From contig JAGVKT010000117.1 of assembly GCA_020050355.1 (NCBI GenBank), forward strand, positions 12,787 through 76,786: 64,000 bases of DNA, in the 5' to 3' direction. Source of the DNA: Gammaproteobacteria bacterium (GTDB taxonomy: Bacteria; Pseudomonadota; Gammaproteobacteria; Francisellales; CACEW01). Both the position numbers and the translations under genes were made by a program. Below are positions 1 through 8,442 of this stretch, in pieces. Every line of letters begins with the position of its first letter. Within the stretch, counting starts at the first letter, position 1. A model generated the notes under the pieces. That model worked only from the letters and a program-made list of their open reading frames with translations, had not been told where the DNA came from and made no database searches.

Positions 1-221
1 CCTGGCAAATGTGCTGCACCACCTGCACCAGCAATAATGACTTGAATGCCCCGCTTCGCTGCACCTTCGGCATAAGCATATAATTTATCTGGTGTACGAT
101 GTGCTGAAACAATCTCCGCCTCGTAATCTATGTCGAGCTGATCGAGCATTTGTGCGGCGTGTTGCATGGTTTCCCAATCAGAAGTTGAACCCATTACGAT
201 GCCAATTACAGGTGTTGCCAT
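1..221 (-). CDS. purE: N5-carboxyaminoimidazole ribonucleotide mutase PurE (N-terminal part; the gene runs off the window)
   Basis: Truncated, so absent from the ORF track. My reverse-complement translation from the ATG at 219-221 reads [74 protein letters not shown]. This is the canonical PurE N-terminus ([19 protein letters not shown]). Confidence 0.85.
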   Translation of the reverse strand, partial: MATPVIGIVMGSTSDWETMQHAAQMLDQLDIDYEAEIVSAHRTPDKLYAYAEGAAKRGIQVIIAGAGGAAHLP

Positions 222-246
222 AAGACACTCCTTATTTTCTTAAAAA

Positions 247-1803
247 TTAATGTGCAAATACTCGTAACCCAGTGAAAGCCATCGTTATGCCATGCTTATT
301 GCACGCATCGATAATTTCTTGATCACGCACTGATCCTCCGGGTTGGATAATAGTAGTAATCGGGGTTTTGGCAATAAGCTCTATATTATCTTTAAATGGG
401 AAAAACGCATCTGAAGCTAACACCGCATCTTTTAAATGGCCGTGGCTTTTTTTAACTGCTAATTCTAAGGCATCAATTCGCGATACTTGCCCTGCGCCTA
501 GACCTAGGCTTACACCATTTTTAGTGATTGCAATCGCATTGGACTTTAGATGTTTCACGACTTTCCAGGCAAATAATAATTCATGCATCATCGCTTCTGT
601 TGGGCGTTGTTCGGTCACTACTTTTAGATCACCCACACTGATGTGACTTTGATCGATGCTTTGAATTAATACACCACCTGAAATAGTTTTAATCTGCCAT
701 GGATTATTAATTTTATCCCACTCTTCAATTTGGATCACACGTAAATTAGGTTTTTTGGCCAAGATTTCGAGCGCGTTTTCATCATAACCAGGAGCGATAA
801 TGACCTCCATAAAAATGCTAGCAACCTCTTCTGCGATGGTGCTGGTACAAATATGATTGAGGGCAATAATGCCACCAAAGGCTGACTTACTATCGGCGGC
901 AAAAGCTTTTTTATAAGCTTCATCAATATGCGCGGCAACTGCAACTCCACAAGGGTTAGCATGTTTTACAATTACGCAAGCGGCTTCGGTAAATTCTCGT
1001 ACGCATTGCAATGCTGCTTCAGCATCCACTAAATTATTATATGAGAGCGCTTTACCTTGTAATACTTGGGCTTGCGCCAGGCCATATCCTTGTGGGTTTT
1101 GAAATAACGCGGCTTCTTGTTGCGGGTTTTCGCCATAACGTAATTTTTCTAAGCGCAAAAAATTTAATGTGAGCTCATCTTCTTCCAAAATATTTTGTGC
1201 GGATTCTGGTTCTTTTACTGTGGTATTTAAATATTCATAAATATAGGCATCATAAGTGCTGGTATGATGAAACGCTTTGGTGGCTAAAGCCTTACGTGTT
1301 TCAAAGTTAATGCCTCCTTGTTGGAGCTCGCGTATTATACTGTCATAATCTTTAGGATCCACAACAATATTCACCCAGCCCATATTTTTTGCTGCTGCAC
1401 GAATCATTGCAGGGCCACCAATATCGATATTTTCAACTGCTGTTTCAAAATCACAACCTTGTTGGGTCACTTCGATAAAAGGGTAGAGATTTACTACCAC
1501 TAAATCAATCCATGGAATCTCATGCGTATCTGCTTCTTTTTGATGCTGATCGCGTAGGCCTAAAATACCTCCGTGAATTTTTGGATGCAGCGTTTTAACG
1601 CGGCCGTCCATGATTTCAGGAAATCCGGTAATTTGTGCGACCCGTTGGTGTGATATCCCTGCTTCATGTAAAACTCTTGAGGTCCCGCCTGTTGAAATAA
1701 TTTCAATATTCAACGCCTGGAGCTGTTCAGCAAATTCGATGAGGTTAGTTTTATCCGATACTGAAATTAAAGCTCGTTTTATTTTAAGTTTTTCTTGGTT
1801 CAT
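247..1803 (-). CDS. purH: Bifunctional AICAR transformylase / IMP cyclohydrolase
   Basis: 518-aa ORF. The N-terminal MGS-like domain (KRALISVSDKT...STGGT) and the C-terminal AICARFT domain are typical of PurH. Confidence 0.95.
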   Translation of the reverse strand: MNQEKLKIKRALISVSDKTNLIEFAEQLQALNIEIISTGGTSRVLHEAGISHQRVAQITGFPEIMDGRVKTLHPKIHGGILGLRDQHQKEADTHEIPWIDLVVVNLYPFIEVTQQGCDFETAVENIDIGGPAMIRAAAKNMGWVNIVVDPKDYDSIIRELQQGGINFETRKALATKAFHHTSTYDAYIYEYLNTTVKEPESAQNILEEDELTLNFLRLEKLRYGENPQQEAALFQNPQGYGLAQAQVLQGKALSYNNLVDAEAALQCVREFTEAACVIVKHANPCGVAVAAHIDEAYKKAFAADSKSAFGGIIALNHICTSTIAEEVASIFMEVIIAPGYDENALEILAKKPNLRVIQIEEWDKINNPWQIKTISGGVLIQSIDQSHISVGDLKVVTEQRPTEAMMHELLFAWKVVKHLKSNAIAITKNGVSLGLGAGQVSRIDALELAVKKSHGHLKDAVLASDAFFPFKDNIELIAKTPITTIIQPGGSVRDQEIIDACNKHGITMAFTGLRVFAH

Positions 1804-2389
1804 CCTTGCTCCTGTTGTGAATTAATGTGATCGCTTCTATCAATGCGCTTCCTTCTAATGCTTGTACGCGTTGTTTTAAAAGTTCTGGTGTATCTGTTGC
1901 CAAGACCTTACAACGTTTTTGTACTATAACCTCGCCACCATCAACGATGTCTGTAACAAAATGAACCGAACATCCTGACTCAAGCTCGTGCGCACTCAAT
2001 ACTGCTTGATGCACTGCAAGGTCCATTAAACCTTGATGCTTGGGCAAGAGCGATGGGTGAACGTTAATTATTCTCCCGTTAAAGGCCTGGATAAATTGTG
2101 GCGATAAGATACGCATGTAGCCTATTAAAACAATCAAATCAACGCGATAATTTTGTAATAATGTTAATAAACGTTGATCGTAGGCTGTGCGTGTTTCTTT
2201 TGTTTTTATGGGGAGCGCTTGTGCTGCTAAATTAAAATTTTTGGCCTTATCTAAAATACCTGCTTGTTCTTTGTTGCTAACAACCACGGCAATTTCTGCC
2301 GCCAAAGTTTTTGTGCGGATCGCTTCCACAATGGGGATAAGATTGGTTCCGCGCGTTGAACCTAAAATTGCCAATTGAATGGGTTTCAT
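1784..2389 (-). CDS. purN: Phosphoribosylglycinamide formyltransferase
   Basis: 201-aa ORF with PurN-type motifs (ILGSTRGTNL, INVHPSLLP, SGCSVHFV). It overlaps purH by 20 nt and purD by 4 nt. Confidence 0.9.
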   Translation of the reverse strand: MKPIQLAILGSTRGTNLIPIVEAIRTKTLAAEIAVVVSNKEQAGILDKAKNFNLAAQALPIKTKETRTAYDQRLLTLLQNYRVDLIVLIGYMRILSPQFIQAFNGRIINVHPSLLPKHQGLMDLAVHQAVLSAHELESGCSVHFVTDIVDGGEVIVQKRCKVLATDTPELLKQRVQALEGSALIEAITLIHNRSKDEPRKT

Positions 2390-3708
2390 AAATAAGCTAA
2401 ATTCCTTTGCGTCACAGTATTCATATGCTTGATGCGCTCATTGATTAAGGCTTTTGTGCCAATATCACTTCGATGAAACACTGGACCTTTGATATGTGTA
2501 AGTACGTTTTCTACATGAGCGGAGGCTTCTGGGATGTTTGCTGCTAGCGCTACTACCGCTAAGGCGCGTGAACCTAATAATTTTAAACCATGCACATCTT
2601 CCGTTATTGAAGCATAAAAATAACTTGCTTCGCTTGGTAAAGTTCCAAGGTCAATATATTCATCTTTAAGGGGGTGATCTGGGTAACCCTCGGGAACTAT
2701 ATATTTACATACTGATGCTTGCTTTTTAAATTGGATATTGATTGATGCTAATTGTTGCTTGAGCATCGCCAGACTGATTTTTAATAAATCTGTTTCTAGT
2801 AAACTTAATAAATTGATTACTTCAGGATCCCCAAAACGCGCATTGAACTCAATAACTTTTACACCCTGGCGTGTGGCCATAAAACTACCGTATACGATGC
2901 CGATATATGTGTCATTCACTTCTATTGCTAATGCCTTAATGGTTGCTTCGCTTATCATCAGCGCAGCGGCAACATCTTCTTGGCTTACAAACGGCAAGAG
3001 ACCATTAGCATCGGTATAAACGCCCATACCACCGGTATTGGGCCCTTGATCATTATTAAAAGCGCGTTTATGATCATGCAAAATCGGCATAGGCACCAAA
3101 GTCTTGCCATCACAAAAACATAACAACGAAAATTCACTTCCTACTAATTTTTCTTCTAACACAAAACCTTGGCCGGCATTAAGAATTTCTTGGCAATAAT
3201 TTAATGCTGCTGTGTGTGAAGTTAAATGCTCACCTGAAAGCTTTACGCCTTTACCACCCATGAGCCCATCCGCTTTGACAACATATTCTGCCCCTAAATT
3301 TTCTAGATAAGCCGCAGCGCCTTCAATGTTGTCAAAATATTTAAAATTCACAGCACCTGGTAACTGGTATTTTTTTTGTAGTTGGCGGGTAAATCCTTTA
3401 CTGGTTTCTAATTGTGCCAATGCTTTTTTAGGGCCGATTACTGGAATATCAATTTGCCATAACGCATCAGCAACCCCTTCTGCTAAAGGAGCTTCAGGCC
3501 CAATCCAAGTAAAATTAATAGCATGCTTTTGGGCATAGGCTTGAATCGCTTTTAGATCTTTGCAGGAAATAAGCGCAATTTCTTCTGCCAGTTTTTTAAT
3601 TCCAGGATTAATATGCGTGCCAATATTAAAGATTTTCACATCGGCTTTTTTTAAAGCTTGGATGAGAATGTGCTCGCGCGCTCCTGACCCTATTACTAAA
3701 ATGTTCAT
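2386..3708 (-). CDS. purD: Phosphoribosylamine-glycine ligase
   Basis: ATP-grasp PurD sequence beginning MNILVIGSGAREH. The ORF track extends to 3747, but that version would overlap the purF stop at 3719. The internal ATG at 3706-3708 gives the canonical PurD N-terminus and has AAGG 8-11 nt upstream. Confidence 0.9.
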   Translation of the reverse strand: MNILVIGSGAREHILIQALKKADVKIFNIGTHINPGIKKLAEEIALISCKDLKAIQAYAQKHAINFTWIGPEAPLAEGVADALWQIDIPVIGPKKALAQLETSKGFTRQLQKKYQLPGAVNFKYFDNIEGAAAYLENLGAEYVVKADGLMGGKGVKLSGEHLTSHTAALNYCQEILNAGQGFVLEEKLVGSEFSLLCFCDGKTLVPMPILHDHKRAFNNDQGPNTGGMGVYTDANGLLPFVSQEDVAAALMISEATIKALAIEVNDTYIGIVYGSFMATRQGVKVIEFNARFGDPEVINLLSLLETDLLKISLAMLKQQLASINIQFKKQASVCKYIVPEGYPDHPLKDEYIDLGTLPSEASYFYASITEDVHGLKLLGSRALAVVALAANIPEASAHVENVLTHIKGPVFHRSDIGTKALINERIKHMNTVTQRNLAYL

Positions 3709-3718
3709 TTGTTTAACC

Positions 3719-5143
3719 TTATACGCCCTGGGGTTTTCCTGCACCATAGCAGCCGCTTAAGCATGCCATGCATAATTCTTTTATTTCCGCTTGATCTTGT
3801 AACACTGCTTCTTTTAAATCGCCAAGTGTCTGATACATTAATACATCTACATCAAGAGCTTGTGCAATGCTGGCTTCATCAGGATATTGATTTGCAATGA
3901 GCTCGCTCTTCGTGGGGATGTGAATCCCATAATAACAAGGAAATTTTACCGGTGGGCACGCAGAAACTAAATACACTTCTTTGGCGCCGGCATCTCGTAC
4001 CATTTTTACGATTTCTCTACTGGTGGTCCCGCGCACGATACTGTCATCTAATAATAAAACTTTTTTATCTTTTAATTCGGCTACTTGTGGACGCAACTTT
4101 GTGCGCACTGATTTAAGGCGTTTCTCGGGCGTCGGCATAATGAAGGTTCGACCAATAAAAACATTTTTATAAAGGCCTTCTGAATAACGCGCGCCCAATT
4201 CTCTTGCAAAAGCGAGTGCTGGCGTATTTGAAGTGAATGGAATCGGAACAACCACATCAGGAATAATCTCAGGATGTTTAGCCTTCCACGCTTTTGCAAG
4301 ATTTTGTCCCATACGTAAGCGTGAATGATAAACGCTAATACCATTCATGATCGCATCTGGGCGTGCAAAATAAACATATTCAAAGACGCAAGGCGTATAT
4401 TCTTTTTTATTAAGAATTTTGCGAAAAATTTGCCCTTCCATATCAATAAACACAACTTCGCCAGGCGCAATATCCCCTGCGGTTTCAAAACCTAAACTGT
4501 AAAAAGGAATATCTTCTGAGGCAAATATATAATCGGTTTTACCATGGTCGCTAGCGCGCGCGCCCATTACCAAGGGCCGGATTCCGTGTGGATCACGAAA
4601 AACTACCATGCCCATGCCTACAATGCTGGTGATAATAGAATAAGCGCCGGTTGCTAATTCAAAAATTTTATTGACGGCAGTACAAATGTGTTTAAAGAAT
4701 TCTTTAGAAGACTGAGCCTGCGGATGTTCAGCCAAGAAGGTTGCAAAGTAATGCATTAATATTTCGGAATCGCTTAAGCTATTTAAATAACGCCGTTCTT
4801 CTTTGAGCAGCTCTTTTAACTCTTGATAATTGGCGATATTGCCGTTATGAATTAAGCCAATGCCGTAAGGAAAAGTAGTCGTGAGTGGCTGTGCCTCTGC
4901 CAACGTATGGCCGCCTGAAGTTGGATAACGTAAATGTGCTAAACCCATATTACCTTTTAATTCCTGCATGTCGTGTGGCTGAAATACCTCGCTGGCGCGA
5001 CCACGACCAATTTTAATGTGCATGCGTTCATCGCAGGTTAAAATTCCGGCTGTATCCTGGCCGCGATGTTGTAGATGGATCAAGCTTTCATAAAGTTCAG
5101 TAGCTACATTTTTTTGACTGAATATTCCAACAATGCCGCACAT
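3719..5143 (-). CDS. purF: Amidophosphoribosyltransferase
   Basis: 474 aa. N-terminal MCGIVGI (Ntn glutamine amidotransferase Cys1) and a PRPP-binding loop (VLLLDDSIVRGTT). Confidence 0.95.
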   Translation of the reverse strand: MCGIVGIFSQKNVATELYESLIHLQHRGQDTAGILTCDERMHIKIGRGRASEVFQPHDMQELKGNMGLAHLRYPTSGGHTLAEAQPLTTTFPYGIGLIHNGNIANYQELKELLKEERRYLNSLSDSEILMHYFATFLAEHPQAQSSKEFFKHICTAVNKIFELATGAYSIITSIVGMGMVVFRDPHGIRPLVMGARASDHGKTDYIFASEDIPFYSLGFETAGDIAPGEVVFIDMEGQIFRKILNKKEYTPCVFEYVYFARPDAIMNGISVYHSRLRMGQNLAKAWKAKHPEIIPDVVVPIPFTSNTPALAFARELGARYSEGLYKNVFIGRTFIMPTPEKRLKSVRTKLRPQVAELKDKKVLLLDDSIVRGTTSREIVKMVRDAGAKEVYLVSACPPVKFPCYYGIHIPTKSELIANQYPDEASIAQALDVDVLMYQTLGDLKEAVLQDQAEIKELCMACLSGCYGAGKPQGV

Positions 5144-5156
5144 AAATATTTCCTCA

Positions 5157-6107
5157 TTAACTTAGAAGCTGATTAGCACTTTGCAAAGACCAGTGTTCTT
5201 CTTTTATGGTCATCCCAGTAATACGCTCATATAACATTAAGTATCGTTGGCTCACTTCATCAATCAGCTCTGCCGGAGCCTCGGGCAGCACCGCATCTTC
5301 ATAGGGATTACTGTGCGCCTTGTACCACAAGCGGATGAGTTCTTTATCAAAACTTTTAGGCTCACGTTGCGATTGCATGGCTGCTAACCAATCGGTGTGA
5401 TCCCAATAGCGGCTGGAATCTGAAGTATGCAGTTCATCGATCAATAATAATTTACCTTGTTCATCAAGTCCAAACTCATATTTGGTATCTACTAAAATTA
5501 AGCCCTTGGCTAATAATAATTCACTCGCAAAATTAAATAGCTTGAGCGCAGCGCTCGACATTTGTTGCCATAGCGCTGGTGTTAACTGTGGAATGTGCGC
5601 AAGATCTTTTAGCGCCAAAGGTCGATCATGCTCTTTATCTTTACTGGTCGGTGTTAAAATTGGTGCTGGCAAGCGGGAGTTTTTGGACAATTTATCCGGG
5701 AGTATCGTACCAAAAAATTCTCTTTGCCCCTCGCTATATAAAGTCCAGAGCGCAGTATTGGTTGAGCCGGTGATATAACCACGAACCACCATTTCAATTG
5801 CTAGCGGCGTACATTTTTTTACAATCATCGCCGGTGGTGCAGGAATTTTTAATACATGGTTGGCAATAATGTGTTCTGTGCGCGCAAACCACCATGCGGA
5901 TAATTGATTTAATAATACGCCCTTATGTGGGATCAATGCAATCGCTCGATCAAAAGCGCTTAAACGATCTGTGCTGATTAATAAAAGTTTTTCACCAAGA
6001 TCATAAATATCGCGGACTTTACCACTATATTTAGGCCAAGGAAAATGCGTGTCTTTAAGGCAGGTCTGCCCATAAACATCTTGGAAAATTAATTCTTGCA
6101 TAATCAC
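5157..6107 (-). CDS. purC: SAICAR synthetase (long form, about 316 aa)
   Basis: SAICAR_synt-like sequence (GKVRDIY, LISTDRLSAFD, LILVDTKYEFG). The start may be M3. Confidence 0.9.
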   Translation of the reverse strand: MIMQELIFQDVYGQTCLKDTHFPWPKYSGKVRDIYDLGEKLLLISTDRLSAFDRAIALIPHKGVLLNQLSAWWFARTEHIIANHVLKIPAPPAMIVKKCTPLAIEMVVRGYITGSTNTALWTLYSEGQREFFGTILPDKLSKNSRLPAPILTPTSKDKEHDRPLALKDLAHIPQLTPALWQQMSSAALKLFNFASELLLAKGLILVDTKYEFGLDEQGKLLLIDELHTSDSSRYWDHTDWLAAMQSQREPKSFDKELIRLWYKAHSNPYEDAVLPEAPAELIDEVSQRYLMLYERITGMTIKEEHWSLQSANQLLS

Positions 6108-7402
6108 TCTTGGTGCTGATTTATTAATTCAAATCCCACATGCGATAAGGGATTTCCAAAAATAGGTTTGCGTTCTAAGGCTGCAAGAATCTTGGGCATG
6201 GCCGCATCTTCAGCGTTGATGACCCAAACTATTTCTCTTGTGACCTTTTTGATTTCAGGAAGTTTTAACTCGTGTTGTAATAGGTCTTGTTTATGGAGTG
6301 CTACTTCATCTTCAAGAGGTTGAATGATAAAGATTTTTTTACCCTGTGCTGTTATTTGTGGAAGCGTAAGTAAATATTCTTTTTTGCGATTAAAAATAAA
6401 ATCGCTGGCGCTAATCTTGCTTGCTAATTCAGAAAGATTACTTGCTTTTTGCCCCTCAATTTGCCAATGCGTATAACGCTTTAAGCTTAAGGCTAAGCCT
6501 TGCGCTTGCAAGCTGCTTTCTAAAGATAATGCTTCATTGTCATGAATATTTAAACCTACCCAAAAGTGTAGTGCTTGTTCGGTAACTTCATAGGGTTTAA
6601 AGCTGAGCTTAGGTACTTGATAATTTAAATTTGTGCTCGTAGTTAAAGGTCTTTTGCCATTTTTTTCCCAACGAATTAAATATGTTTTTAAAGCTAAAAA
6701 CAATGGATCACCCGAAGGAGTGCGCTCTGGATGCGGCATTAACGCTAAAATATTTCCTTGCGCATTGCTTATGCCTGCAAGATTAAAAGCTGCGCCATTT
6801 GGATTCACTGGAAATTCCGAACGGATATTGCCCTCATCATCGCAGTAATAATAAAAAACTGCGGCGGTTTTTTTAAGTGCAGCATAAAGTGCTTCGGAGA
6901 GCATAAAGCGTCCTTCACCATGAGCTGCAGGAATATGCATCGGAACATTCGCTAAAGCCTCACTTGAAAAAGCGTTTTCGAGATTCACGTGGCTCGCTTT
7001 AATGTTAATCCATGCATTATAAAAACCGGTGCCTACTAATTTATTATTCAAAATACGTTTATTGTGTGTGAGCGCGATAGCCACTTCGTTGTTGGCTAAT
7101 CCTGGAACCAAGCCACTTTCAACCAATATTTGTGCGCCATTACAAATGCCTAAGATTGCTTTACCGGTTTTTGCTTCTTCTTTTAAGATGGCCATCAATG
7201 GGTCCATAGAAGCGATCAAACCTGAACGCACGCGATCTTCGTATGAAAATCCCCCTATTAAGATATACGCCGCAAATTCTTTAAGTTTTTCAGCGTTTAC
7301 GTTCCATAAAATTGCTTCGCTTTCTAGGCCTGCGCGTTTTAATGCTAATGCGGTTTCACGCTCACAATTGGATCCAGGAAACTGAATAATCGCTACTTTC
7401 AT
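6104..7402 (-). CDS. purQ: FGAM synthase glutaminase subunit PurQ fused to two C-terminal PurS-like domains
   Basis: Residues 1 to about 245 match PurQ (MKVAIIQFPGSNCE, GICNGAQIL catalytic Cys, MPHPER). Residues from about 265 to 432 contain two units of about 80 aa with the PurS pattern. The second unit ends ...IFGNPLSHVGFEL, which resembles the PurS LANPVIEDY..E tail. Confidence 0.8.
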   Translation of the reverse strand: MKVAIIQFPGSNCERETALALKRAGLESEAILWNVNAEKLKEFAAYILIGGFSYEDRVRSGLIASMDPLMAILKEEAKTGKAILGICNGAQILVESGLVPGLANNEVAIALTHNKRILNNKLVGTGFYNAWINIKASHVNLENAFSSEALANVPMHIPAAHGEGRFMLSEALYAALKKTAAVFYYYCDDEGNIRSEFPVNPNGAAFNLAGISNAQGNILALMPHPERTPSGDPLFLALKTYLIRWEKNGKRPLTTSTNLNYQVPKLSFKPYEVTEQALHFWVGLNIHDNEALSLESSLQAQGLALSLKRYTHWQIEGQKASNLSELASKISASDFIFNRKKEYLLTLPQITAQGKKIFIIQPLEDEVALHKQDLLQHELKLPEIKKVTREIVWVINAEDAAMPKILAALERKPIFGNPLSHVGFELINQHQE

Positions 7403-8439
7403 TTAAGCATGACCTTAGATTCACCTTGAACCACGGTGCCTATTTCGTAAAGATTAAACTCCATAAATTGTGATCTAATTTTTTGTTTGATGTCAGTTAC
7501 TGCTGCTGCCTCAACAATTAAGACATAGCCTACGCCCATGTTAAAAGTACGATAGGCTTCTTCGCGAGTTAATTTTCCTAAATTCACTAACGCTTTAAAG
7601 ATCGGTAGAATTGGCCAGGAGCCTAAATTGATTTCAACAGCACAATGCTTTGGTAAAATCCGCGGTATATTTTCGAGTAAGCCTCCGCCCGTAATATGGG
7701 CCATTCCATGAATAGGCAAATTTTGTTTTAATAACTCTAATACGGGCAAAGTATAGTTTAGGTGCGGTGCTAATAAAGTATCACCTACCTTGCCTTTAAA
7801 ATCGCTGATGACTTCATTCACATTCCAACCGGCAACTTCAAAACAAAGTTTACGCGCCAGTGAATAACCGTTCGTGTGTAACCCGCTAGAAGCAAAGCCC
7901 AGAATCTTATCTCCGGGTTTAATTTCTTTACCGGTAATGACTTTATCTTTTTCTACTACGCCGGTAATGATTCCTACAACGTCATATTCATTTCCTGCAT
8001 AAACGCCTGGCATTTCGGCGGTTTCACCGCCTAACAGAGCAACATTTACTGCTTTAGCTGCACGCGAGATGCTATCAACAATTGCGACTACTTCATCGGG
8101 TTTAATTTTACTACCGCCGATATAATCAAGGAGGGTGAGCGGTTTTGCGCCGCACACAATGATGTCGTTACAAGTAGAACTTAATAAATCAAAACCTAAA
8201 TTTTCATACTTACCCATCATGCTCGCGATGACTGGTTTGGTTCCTAAGCCATCTATGCTTTGCACTAATACCGGATGGATGTATTCCGTAAATAAAGGGC
8301 GCAAATCATAAAGCCCAGCGAAGCCTCCTAGTTCACTTAAAACATTGGCATTATACGTTGCTTGTACGCCTGCTTTGATGCGTTTGACCACCTCATTGCC
8401 CGCATCTATATCTACGCCTGCACTTTTATAATCAATCAT
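7399..8439 (-). CDS. purM: Phosphoribosylformylglycinamidine cyclo-ligase (AIR synthetase)
   Basis: 346 aa. YKSAGVDIDAGN start and the DGVGTK-like motif (DGLGTKP) are typical of PurM. Confidence 0.95.
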   Translation of the reverse strand: MIDYKSAGVDIDAGNEVVKRIKAGVQATYNANVLSELGGFAGLYDLRPLFTEYIHPVLVQSIDGLGTKPVIASMMGKYENLGFDLLSSTCNDIIVCGAKPLTLLDYIGGSKIKPDEVVAIVDSISRAAKAVNVALLGGETAEMPGVYAGNEYDVVGIITGVVEKDKVITGKEIKPGDKILGFASSGLHTNGYSLARKLCFEVAGWNVNEVISDFKGKVGDTLLAPHLNYTLPVLELLKQNLPIHGMAHITGGGLLENIPRILPKHCAVEINLGSWPILPIFKALVNLGKLTREEAYRTFNMGVGYVLIVEAAAVTDIKQKIRSQFMEFNLYEIGTVVQGESKVMLK

Positions 8440-8442
8440 AAA

